Shown in pieces: positions 52,557 to 64,000 of a stretch of DNA of 64,000 nucleotides. A program made the position numbers and the translations under genes. Every line of letters starts with the position of its first letter. Position 1 is the stretch's first letter. The notes beneath the pieces are model-generated. The model saw only the letters and a program-made list of their open reading frames with translations, was not told where the DNA came from and did not search any database. The DNA is from Flaccisagitta enflata (taxonomy: Eukaryota): contig OZ231126.1 in the NCBI GenBank assembly GCA_965153355.1, positions 14,260,001 through 14,324,000 of the forward strand, given 5' to 3'.

Positions 52557-53611
52557 TAAAACAAAAAGGATAAAAGAAAATATCTGAATGATTCTCGTTT
52601 TGGTACAGGGCGTGGCGGTCAGAAGCTACTCTCGTGGAAACGGCAAAGAAGAAAGGAAGAAAGAGAGATCAGAGAGAGAGAGAGAGAGAGAGAGAGAAGA
52701 AGAGACAGAGAGACAGAGAGACAAGGAGAGAGACAGAGAGAGAAGAGAGAGAGAGAGAGGGAGAGAGAGAGAGACAGAAGAGAGAGAGAAGAGTGAAGAT
52801 GGCCACTGTGAGACAGATTGACAGATAGACCAGGTATAGACAGACACAGAAAGAAATAGAGAAATAAAGACAGAAAGAAGATAGAGAGCTATACAGGACA
52901 GAGATCAGAGACAGGACAGAGAGAGAAAGAGAGAAGCAGGCAAAAGGACACAAGGCCTCCTACCAACTCTACGGCAAACAACTGATTCTGAAACAGCATC
53001 AGATTCCATACTAAACAGAGAAACTAAACAGAGGAGAAAGGAAAGGAATTAAAAAATGTAAAAAGAGAGAAAAAGAACGACAAAAAGAGAAGAGAGAAAG
53101 AAAGAAAAATTAAAAGAAAATAAAGAAAATAAAAGAAAAAAAAGAAAAAAAAAAAAAAAAAAGAAAAGAAAAAGAAAAAGAAAAAAAGAAAAGAGAAAGG
53201 AAGAAAGAAGAAAATAGAAAGAAAGAAAAAAAGAAAGAAAGAAAGAAATGAAAGAAAGAGACCCATATTCTAACTTTCTCTGGTGAAACAAAAGGAGGCA
53301 TGACAGATGATCGGGCTCACAGAAAACCAGAAAGAGGCATAAAAACAAATAAGATTCAAAAGCGGGAAATGCCATAAAAACTGAATGATTGCGCGTGCAC
53401 ACAATTTTCAGCTCGTACACGCAGACATACACATAAGCACAAGTACTTAAAACGCGCATCAGGTATACATGCGCACGCACATGCAGACCTTTGATACTCA
53501 GAGACGCACACAGACGCACGCATGGCCACCCGCACACACATACACACACAAAACCATTATTGCCAGTCGTTTCAATGGCCGCGAGGGTTGAGGGCAAAAT
53601 TCTCTCTCTCT

Positions 53612-53678
<67 letters not shown>

Positions 53679-53707
53679 CCATACTATTCTTTGATTCCCC
53701 TCATATA

Positions 53708-54119
53708 CAGTCTATGGACAAAACGAGGAGAGTAGATTTTGCTGATCACCATTATGATGCTGAGGCTTAGTTGATTTTGAAATATAGGTTTGGAATTACC
53801 TTGTAGAAATTTACTAAAGACTGAAAGAATTAACGGAAGAACGATTACTACCTGTAGTTTTCGTTCAAAATATAGGTTTGTAATTACCTCGAAAAAAATT
53901 ATTTAGGACTGAAAGAAACTAACAGAAGAACGATTACTACCTGTAGTAATCCTTCTTGCAATAGTTTCTTTCAGTCCTCAGTCATTTTCTATGAGGTAAT
54001 TACAAGCCTACATTTGAACGGTCTTGCAGGTAGTAATTATTCTTCCGTTAATTCTTTCAGTCCTCAGCATCATACCGGTGATAAGCAAAATCTACTCTCC
54101 TCGTTTTGTCCATAGACTG
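53708..54119. mobile_element. Foldback-like MITE with ~60-bp TIRs and TA flanks
   Basis: CAGTCTATGGACAAAACGAGGAGAGTAGATTTTGC...ATGATGCTGAGG is reverse-complemented at 54062-54119; internal inverted repeats ATTACTACCTG/CAGGTAGTAAT. Confidence 0.85.
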
Positions 54120-54639
54120 TATATGCGAGTTTTTTTTTTTCTTTGCGCTTTTTGTGGCGATTTTTCCCGCGTGTTGTTGTGTTATTTCACGTTTTCCACA
54201 AATGTCTCTGCATTTTATATCAGAATTCCCACCCTCCAAGCGCAGTGGCATTTTTTTGAGTGTTTCTTTTGTTTTCTTTGCTATCTATTTGTCACATTTT
54301 CGGCTGGTCCGTAAGTCGGGGGTTGGCCTTAGGTAGGACGGCATGTTCGTAAGGCACTTAACTTATCTAGCCCTTTAAGTATGGTTGTCAGAATCCTTGA
54401 ATGAATGAAAAAGGGCATACTCAATCAGACAATCAATCGGACTTATTTACAGTTGCATTAATCATAATAGCGCACACTTGTTTTGTTTTGGCGAGGCTTT
54501 CATGGAACTACTGTACAGACTTTACTGCTCCTGCCCAATTTATAAGCAGCACCCAACCACTGGTGACGGAGCCTGCTGTTTATCTGACTTTGCTTTTTAT
54601 TCCATTTTGATGTCTTTTATTGAGTGGAAGAGAGAGAGA

Positions 54640-54716
<77 letters not shown>

Positions 54717-55341
54717 TGTGTGAAAGAGTAAAAAACAAAGAGAGACAGATAGACAGACGGACAGAAAGACAGGTAGACAGAAAGCAACAAGGTATACTGC
54801 CATAAAAAAAAACACATCATGGAGCCACTTGACGTTGAGAGCGAACACAAGAAATATTTGAGTTTTGAAGAAACAAAAATTGAGATTTTGTTTTCCTGTC
54901 GTTGCGATGACTCATGTTTACAAATATTTTCCATAGTCGTAATTCGTTCGTGCTTCTAAAATTTCCAATACACGCATACCCGCACATAGATATACGCACT
55001 GCACTACGCAAACACAAAACATAACATTTGATATCAAGGTTCTTGATCCAAAGACAACTTAACCAAAGCTCGACGAAAATGAAGTAAAGAGAGGGAATTC
55101 ATTCCTGTTATTTTCTGGTTCGGCTCTCGGCCTGTTGCTGGGTTCTTATCGTGTCTATTTTCTCTCTAGCTCTCTGGTTGGCTCCTTTCCTCTCTCCCAC
55201 GTCGAAATCATCGTAGTCGTATTCGTCGTCATCGTCACCATCATCGTCGTCGCCATTATCATCATCCACCCTCTTACTTGGAATTAGATATACGTATATA
55301 CTCGGTGGCGTCACCAGCTTCGTCATCATCGTCGTCACCGA

Positions 55342-55377
<36 letters not shown>

Positions 55378-55680
55378 TGTCGCTTTCGTCCACTTTAATA
55401 AACTTGAAAGGAGAGGCCTTGAAATGTTTCTGGAGCTGAGAATCTAAAAAAACTCCAATACACAATGTAAATTCTGAATAGACTCAATGGGACGTAACCG
55501 GGACAAGTCAGAGTGATACAATCCGGGCTGGGCGGAGGAGGCAGATGAGAGACAGAACGACAGACAGACAGTTCGAGGCAGCCCTCAGGGATAGAAACAC
55601 TGTGTGCGCATGAGTTAGGAAGAAACAGATAAACATACAATGCATGTGGCAAGAAATATGGTAAGGATGAAATAGTAAAG

Positions 55681-55682
55681 GA

Positions 55683-55754
<72 letters not shown>

Positions 55755-55940
55755 CTAAATGTTTATAATAAAGGAAAAAGAAATTTCGCGAAGGAAAAAA
55801 ACGAGACAAAGAAATTACGGATGAAATAAAGAATGAATTAATGAATAAGAGAATGCGTTAATGAATGAATGAATGAATGAATGAATGAATGAATGAATGA
55901 ATGAATGAATGAATGAAGGAATGAAGGAATGAATGAATGA
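55681..55940. repeat. (GAAA)n and (GAAT)n microsatellites
   Basis: Direct tetranucleotide runs. Confidence 0.95.
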
Positions 55941-56132
55941 AGGACAAAAAGGAAGAATATGAGGTAATGAAATTTGACATTTATAAGAGAGAGCTGAACG
56001 AAGATAAAAACAAAATGAAAACAAGGCACTTGAAACGGAAAAAAAAAGATTGTTGGGACTGACACCCTGGCCAAGTCTCCCAATTCAATATGCATAATTG
56101 ATCGCGTGAGATTTCTAGAGGAACCAAAGCTG

Positions 56133-56208
<76 letters not shown>

Positions 56209-56727
56209 AGAGAAAGAGAAAGAGAGTACCGACCAGAGCATGTTTTTCATCATTGGCTCTCCTTTCATGTTTCGTCCAAAACAAAAAAAGCTTAACCAAC
56301 AATAAAGATTGACTTTTACATTTGTTCATCGACAGCGAAGTTGATGGCTGAGAATTGTCACTAACATTAACAAATGTAGTTGAGTGCGGTCAATAATCAT
56401 GTAATTTCCTCAAAACTGAAGGCGATACGCACAAATAAGGAGGGCTTTGAACTCAGAATTATGCTAAAACGCTCACTACTGTTATGCCCAGAGTGAAAAC
56501 AACTATTGCAGCTAGATAGGCACATCTGTTACAGAAATTTACATGGTAGACAAAAAAAGCAATATCCGCCAAATCGTAGTTCCAGTTTGTTGACTTTTGA
56601 AGTGGAAATGGCATCGACGGTTGGACGGAAATGGCTTTTTTTTTTAAATACAAAGAAGCATTTCAAAAGAAATACGCACAATTAAATAAATTAATGATAC
56701 TTTTGAATTATCAATCACCAATCCTTC

Positions 56728-56949
<222 letters not shown>

Positions 56950-59413
56950 AAATACTTTACCCTCGAGATTTGGCTCTTATCTAATCAGGCTAGGAACTGA
57001 GATTTAAAGCCTAGTTTTGAACCTTAGCGCGACTGATCGTAAAGAAAAGTCCTGTATGTTGATCATGCTTATCTTTTCTATCTGATTCAAATGTCAGATA
57101 TCAAATGGAATCCGTTCATTCGGAATACAAATGCACATCTGATATTTTATGAAAGAAAAAAAAATCAGGCGCGTGACCATGCTCGAGTAGCACGTCTGGC
57201 GCATGTTAATGATGTTTATAAATACAAATGCGCGCACATTTTTGATTGACGTACGAGAATAAAGATAAACGCACACGTAGAACCCACGTATGTAAATACA
57301 GACGCGCGCGCGCGCCCATGCACGAGCAGCGCGTCTCAAGCATGTTACCACTTAGTACGCAAACCGCTAAAAAGGAAGTGTTTCCGATTTTATGTCATTC
57401 AAAGGTAAGTAAATGTAAAATACTTTTTAGTGTAGTTTCGTAGTACTGCCCCTGCCCAACCGTCCGCAACTTTTTCCCTGAGCTGAGCTCTGTTGCGCTT
57501 GTTTTTTATTTCAAATCCAAGTCCCATGGAAAAGAACATTTTTTTTTTTTCAGAAAAAAAAACAAAATAAATAATTCTCCCTCCCAATAAAGCTGTACTG
57601 TAGACATGGGTTTCTTCTGGCATGAAAAAAAATCCAATTCCTTGATTGCTTTATTTTCTTAGCTTGAACCCTATGAATTCATAAGGTAGATTATGAAATG
57701 TGTCTTTTTTCTATTTGCTTGGTAATACAGACGCGCACACATGCACACTCGGGCAATTGACATGCGCATGACATGCAACTTTGCAAGTGCGCGCATACGG
57801 AACCTAAATCAGTAATGCAGAAAGGCAATAATCGCGAAATCGCTGCGAACTGTATAAATGCATTCATCGAAAGGTTTCTGTATCCTGTTCTCGCGCGCGA
57901 TCGCGCTCAGTAAATTACCGACGGTAATGTGATGTATGAAATGGAAGGAAGACGTAGGAAAATATTGAAAGAGAGAGAGAGAGAAACAGACAGATAGAGA
58001 ATGAAAAAAGACAGGCAGATAGATGGAAAAACAGACGGACGAACAGGCAAACAGACACGAAGAAAGTAAAAGACATAGAGAATGCCTAGTCAAGATCAGG
58101 AAAAAGAAAAGCACGTAGAAATGGAACATTTCATCTATCTAACAGAGAACGATCGGAAATACGTGATTTATACAATGGATGTTTGCTTATACAATGTTTC
58201 TTTATACAATGGATAAGTTAGTTTTGCTAAATGGAAAACTAGGAGTGATGCGCGTAGTAACTAGTCAGTGAGGGCTCACAAGGCCCTCTTCCATATTTTT
58301 AGTTTGGGTATAGTGAGGGATGTTGTTCCACCTGCCATACAATATTTCCTATTCTTTACAGTTTAGTTCATACTTAGATCTCACTTTTAAACATAAGAAC
58401 AAATATGGAAAGATTGAGATGTAAGGTTCGTTTAGAAATAGCGTCTTAAGTGCCAAAATGCAGAGAGCAAAAGAGAAAAGACGAGAATTTCTCAGTTGTT
58501 TGAGTCCTGTGATTAAGGTCTTCAGTGGGCGTGGTCGAGTGGTCTCAACCAATCGCCCGCCTTTGATGGAGATGCGCGAGTGCACATGCACTCACAAGCG
58601 CACTCACAAGCGCATTAACAAGTACATTCACATGCGCTCCTTTCCTTTCCTTTCCTTTGCTCATACGAGCATGCACATTACATGTATAGTATACACAAAC
58701 TAACACGTACATGCACACATTCACACGCACTGACCCACGCGCACATTCTCACACATTCTCACACTTGCAAATTCAAGTATCCCGACTATGCATGCATATG
58801 CGAATTTGCACCATAACATTTACACACACTCCCTTCACACACGCGCGTGCATATTCACAAATATTCGCGTGCGTGCACTTAGGATCACAAACCCATCATT
58901 TCTAAGAACCATCAGCAAAAATTTATAATTTTGAACAATTTCCTTTTTTCATTTTCAGTCCTGGCGTCTTAGAAATAGAAATACTTGCCTCGTTATACTC
59001 ACAATAAAGATTCCAGATCAGCATAATGTTCTCTTCCACTAGGACGGCGGTTTTTGTTTTTTCTCTTTTTCGTTTAGGAAAAAACAACACATGAAAAAAA
59101 ACTGAGATGATCCTAATAGCTAGTGAATAAGGGGGTTATCTAGGCAACGAGTGAAGGAGCTTTTCCCCAATGTGCACGTTTACAATATCGTCTTTGCCTA
59201 GAACTTAACTGGTGGCGTTTTGAACTGACTTAATTCTCGCATTGGGAAGAAAGCTGAAGGAAATTATCGGTGACATTAGGAGAAGATAAAGAGCTTTCTC
59301 GACCATTAAGCCGCGACTACTTGATGGCCGTGTATCCGGCCTTGTTACCGATATTCTTGGCTACGGACTTGCACGTCGCGCAATTTGCATGTCTCCCTTT
59401 TCGCGCAAAAGTC

Positions 59414-59568
59414 TTTTTAGTCGCGGACACGCGACTCTACACCTTGCCGTGTCGGTCGGTCCATCCGTCCGTCGGTCCGTCCCTCACATTTTTGAATTCC
59501 CAGCGGTTTTCGCATTACTGCTCCTGCCCAACCGTCCGCGACTGGACTGCCGTGTATCCGGCCTTGTT
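59414..59568 (+). mobile_element. HINE-like element, AGTCGCGGAC subfamily
   Basis: TTTTTAGTCGCGGACACGCGACT...GTCCGCGACTGGACTGCCGTGTATCCGGCCTTGTT; an orphan 3' end lies at 59312-59346. Confidence 0.85.
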
Positions 59569-60192
59569 CCTCTTTCCCGCTCTTAGTTTTGCCATCCATC
59601 GCGTTGGTACTGGCACCCATCGCTCGTAAAAGTCCGCAGCGGTTCATTCATTCAGCATTGAATCGTTTATCCTGAGCGCTGAGTCATGACGGCCTTCACT
59701 GAGATTACTAAGGTTCCAAGTCTGGCAACAATCCTGGAATATATCCGTACATGGGCATCAAGGGAAATAAGACGAAGAGGGTGGGGGGAATCTCAGAGCT
59801 GTTCTGTAATTGTTGCGCCTTTCCCCTCTTGATATCGAGGACAAGTAACACTAGCACGTGCTATTATTGGTGATTATCACATGAAGTGATACAGTGAATA
59901 ATTTGTGCCTAATTTGGGACCCATGCATTGAAATTTTCTCTTTCTTCCTCTCCCTGCTCCACTCAAAGTTAAAATTTCATCCTTGAGGCCCAAACACTAG
60001 TTAAAATAAATGGAGGGGTTGGTTATAATGAACCTGCTGTTGATAGGATGACAAAATAATAGAAGATAAAGCTGATTGAAGATATTTGAGTTTCGAAGAT
60101 TTAAATCAGTTTCACTCCTTTTATTTTGCTGAGGTTATCAATTTCAAACGGGAGCAATTGGGAATTGTGATTGTAGTCGAGTTGCGGGATTC

Positions 60193-60242
<50 letters not shown>

Positions 60243-60266
60243 TCTTATCTCTTTTAAGTATCTATC

Positions 60267-60747
60267 TGTAGTTATAACCAAACTGCAGAATTAAGCGTCT
60301 TTGTTTCTACAATTTGTCGACGGAGAATTGCAGAGATTCAATTTCCCTTTTTTCCACGAAAGGGAGAAATAAAAGTTCAGAGGTCTTTTCTTTACGTAGG
60401 ATTTAATGTAAGTGAATCATTCCAAATTTCAATTAAACAAGAAAACATAAAATAGAAAGAAAAAGTTATTACAAAAAGAAAGATTACATTTTTGTCGGCA
60501 ACAATTGTTATTCTTAGGCGGCATTGGAATAAAGACTGAAAAAGACGACAAAACTGAGATGGCAACGTGATTCTTACGAAAGGGAGAAATGAGAATTGAC
60601 CAGTCAGAAAGGAATTTGACTTTTAAAAAGAGAAAGAATACGTTGAAAACTTACTAAGGACAAATTCTTAATACAGTATGAATTATCAAAAGTGCTTTTA
60701 CAGAGATACAGTTTCTTTTCTCTAAATTGCTAATCGCGTTTTTTATA
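60267..60747 (-). repeat. Candidate 3' LTR of the BEL/Pao element
   Basis: A minus-strand purine tract GGGGCCGAA (60756-60748) lies ~100 bp after the pol stop, followed by TAT (TGT expected); possible ...TACA end at 60267. No second LTR is in the window to confirm it. Confidence 0.35.
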
Positions 60748-60857
60748 TTCGGCCCCAAAAAACCGATTTGAGGTTTTTTCAAAAAAGATACAAAAATACA
60801 ACAAATGATTCAATAATTGATTGACGTTGATCTAAAAACAAAAGTTAGACATCACAG

Positions 60858-63800
60858 TTAATCTTCACATCCTTCGAGTAAGACCAAATTCTGTATTGGT
60901 CTCTTGATTGTTTTTCCTTTGTTATCTTGAAGTGTGACAGAACGAACATGTCCATCACGACCTACATGAGTTTCCTTAACCCTAGCTAAGGGCCAAAGAT
61001 GACGTTTGAGATTTTCTTTCTTGAGAAGAACAAGAGATCCAGGAGTGATGTTTTTCGATCCTTGATGCCACTTTTGACGTGGTTGAAGCGTGGGTACGTA
61101 CTCATTTACCCATCGTTTTGTCCAATTTTCCTGAAGACTTTTGAGATACTTCAGTCTCGCAGAGAATGCCGTTTTGGACGGAGGAATGTCCGGCCATGGG
61201 TCCGTCGGTTGTTGAAGAGGTCTGCCGATAAGCATCTCAGCAGGAGTAAGCGGAACTTGATCCGGGTCATCCACTATCGGTGTAAGTGGACGGGAGTTGA
61301 TTTGCTCTTCAATTCGAATGATGAGCGTCGCAAGTTCCTTGTCGGTGATGAGAGATTGTCCTAAAACTTTCTTCATCGGAGTTTTGATGCTTCTCACAAG
61401 GCGTTCCCAGAAGCCTCCCCACCTGGAGCAGTGGATTGAATTGCCATATCACATCAGGCAATTCCGCTGCCTTTTTGAACGTCGAAGCATTATCGCTGTA
61501 GACGTTGAGAGGTTTTCCTCGTCGAGAGGAAAAACGCGTGAATGCCATCAAAAATTCTCAGTGGACTGATCATTCACAATCTCCAAATGTACACCACGGG
61601 TTGATGCACAAGTAAAGAGGCAAATCAAACTCAGCTTGAGAAGTTGAATCTCTCCTTGGTTTGATGAGAAGAGGTCCAGCGTAATCCAGTCCGACATGAG
61701 AGAAAGGTGGCAACGCCGTTTTCCTGAAATCTGGCAAATCAGCCATCATTTGTTGACACATTGGCTTGTTGATCCGTTTGCATGTCATGCAAGATTGTGT
61801 TTCGGCCTTCACGGTTGTCATTCTTTGATGACCCAATATTTTACGCAAAATTGCCAACGTCTGGTTTGATCAGGAAATTTGAGATGTGAACATCTCTTGA
61901 TGAGAAGTCGGGTGAGATGGGATTTGTTTGGAAGAATGATGATGTTTTTGTTCACTCTTTCCACTCATTTTGATCAAAACGTCTTCCAAGATTGATTGAA
62001 TTGGATCAATCGAGAGTTTCGTGGAATGGCACGATTCTTCTGAAGGCATTCATATTCTTCAGAAAGAAGGTTTTTTGCTCTTGGCTAATGAGCTTTGCTA
62101 ATGCCCTTTTCCGCTGTTGAGCAATCGAGTCATTCACCTCGCCCAAAGGGCTACAAAAGCGAATCACGTACATCATGATCCGCACCAGTTTTTCCAAAGA
62201 GCTGTAACGTTCCAAACTGATGACAGGTTCACGAACCTGTGTGATATTGACTGCCACTTTCCTTTGTTCAATATCTGGCTTTTCCATCACAGGCTGATTC
62301 GGCCAATCACCTGTTTTGATGAATTCAGGGCCCTCAATCCAGAGCTTGGATTGTTTTTCATCCAAAGGCCAAATGCCTCTGGATGGGATATCTGCTGGGT
62401 TATCGTCTCCAGGCACCCACATGCATTTAACGCCATGACTGCCGCATGTTCGTTGGATTTCCGCAATCCTGTTCCCAACGAAGGGTTTGTAGCGTGCTGA
62501 TGAAGATTCGATCCATCCAAGCGCGATAGTAGAATCTGTCCACAAGAAAGTCTCAATCCCAGATTTGAAAACTTCCTCGTGGAGAAAGGCAAGTAAGCGT
62601 GAGCCTAACACTGCTCCCAGCAACTCCATGCGGGGGAGTGAGACAACTTTGATAGGCTTTACTCTTGTCTTGGACATGAGAAAGCAAGAGCCTCTCTCAG
62701 AAAATGCATATGCAACAGCGGCATATGCTGATTCACTGGCATCTACAAAGATGTGAAGAACAGTAGGGTTGCCAAAGAACCGAGGAATTTCAAAGTCAAC
62801 AACAGTTGCTTTTCTGAATTCTTCCACTTCATGCTTCAACTCATCAGATAGAAGCTGGTCCCAATCAGAACCTAGTTGCCATATCTTCTGCATTATCATC
62901 TTCCCTTTGCAGATAAGAGGGCTCCTGCCACCAATAGGGTCCCAGAAGGAGGCAATTTTTTGCAAAAATTCCCTCTTGGTGGTTGGAGTTTTGTCCCACT
63001 CTTTGTTGGGGACACGGAGAGAGTCATGATTCGTGTGCCACTGCAAGCCAAGAACTGCAGCTTCTTCACTATCATCAGTTCCCTCAATCATGCTCAATAA
63101 CTCCTTGTTGTTGCTATTGATTTTGTGCACTTTCATGTGCATAGACCCAAAAAAGCCTTTGATTTGAGTGAGAATATCAACACCGTCATCAACTGAATCG
63201 CACCCTCCAGGCACATCGTCCATGTAGAGCTCGTTTTCGACAAATTCACAAGCTTTTGGGAATTTTTGTTGGATGTCATCGCGCAGAGCGTGGTATTCAC
63301 AAGTTGCCATGGACAGGAATGGAGATGAAGACTCACCGAACATCACACTAGTTTGGCGAGCTATCCCCTTGGTTGTGATGATTCAATGAAGGTCTTGTTG
63401 TTCAACTGGTATCTTTATCTGCCAAAACATCTTTTTGACATCAGACACGAATGCAATTTTTCGTGAACGAAAGCGTAGAATTGATCCAACAATATCTGGC
63501 AATAGATTTGGCCCAACATGTTGAGCGCTGTTCAGGGAAATGCCAAATTTACCCTTGAATGAGGCATTTTTTACAATCCTCACGGGTGTTGTTGGATGGC
63601 CTGGCCTAAGCACCAAGTGCCAAGGTAGGTAGTAGACACCTCCAGCTGGAGTGTCAGCATCAGAGACCAGTTCTAGAACACCAAGATCAAACTGCTCATC
63701 AAAAATCTTTTGAACAGTAGCTCTTTTTTCTGGGTCATTCTTCAGGATGGCTTGCTGTTTCCAATACAGAGCTTTCGTTGGCACAAAGTTGTCCGACAAC

Positions 63801-64000
63801 TTTTTCACCTCTTCCTTGTAAGGAATTTTGACCATGTACTGCTGGTTGACATCATCATAAGTGATGGTCTTCTTGAACTCTTCATGCACCTTTTCATCAA
63901 CAAGATTTTTGATTCTTGAGTTTGGATTTGGGCATTCTTCCAATTTCCAAAATTTTTCCAAGACATTTTCCAATGCCACAACCTGTGTCAGGTTTGTTGA
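60858..64000 (-). mobile_element. pol: BEL/Pao LTR retrotransposon pol region (RT, RNase H/Pao A17 domain, integrase, C-terminal domain), disrupted; runs off the right edge
   Basis: Motifs in order: YYLPWHLVLR, SLNSAQHVGPNLL, ILRFR, SDVKKMFWQI, MFGESSSPF, LYMDD, VLGLQW, LHIFVDASESAYAAVAY, SLPRMELLGA, WTDSTIALGWI, NPADIPSRG, CMTCKR, PFSHVGLDYAGP, SRRGKP..YSDNASTF, INSRPLT, WPLARV. One in-frame TGA at 63383-63385 and several frameshifts between 62060 and 61400. Confidence 0.95.

Noticed and set aside
60999..63919. Plus-strand ORFs overlapping the retrotransposon pol
   Set aside because: Antisense shadows of the minus-strand BEL pol frame.

Overview
Repeat-dense, AT-rich eukaryotic DNA, most likely from an invertebrate animal; no host protein-coding gene can be called with confidence. 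Bases 1-15652 are a highly homogeneous tandem array of about 16 copies of a ~983-bp unit. Each unit contains an imperfect TAAG...CTTA inverted-repeat pair, and the array stops exactly at the right member of that pair. A 5'-truncated non-LTR retrotransposon tail follows, inserted in a (CT)n tract. The middle ~45 kb is a mosaic of microsatellites, several MITE families (hAT-like with 8-bp TSD, TA-TSD Tc1/mariner-like, one with a 9-bp TSD) and more than 15 DINE-1/HINE-like (Helentron-associated) elements. The subterminal inverted repeats of these HINEs co-vary between subfamilies, and some carry expanding internal minisatellites. A decayed ~3-kb DNA transposon (29439-32414) has TAAG termini, a 7-bp TSD and nested MITEs. 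The window ends in a mutated BEL/Pao LTR retrotransposon pol region on the minus strand. Almost all ORFs in the supplied track are translations of microsatellites.
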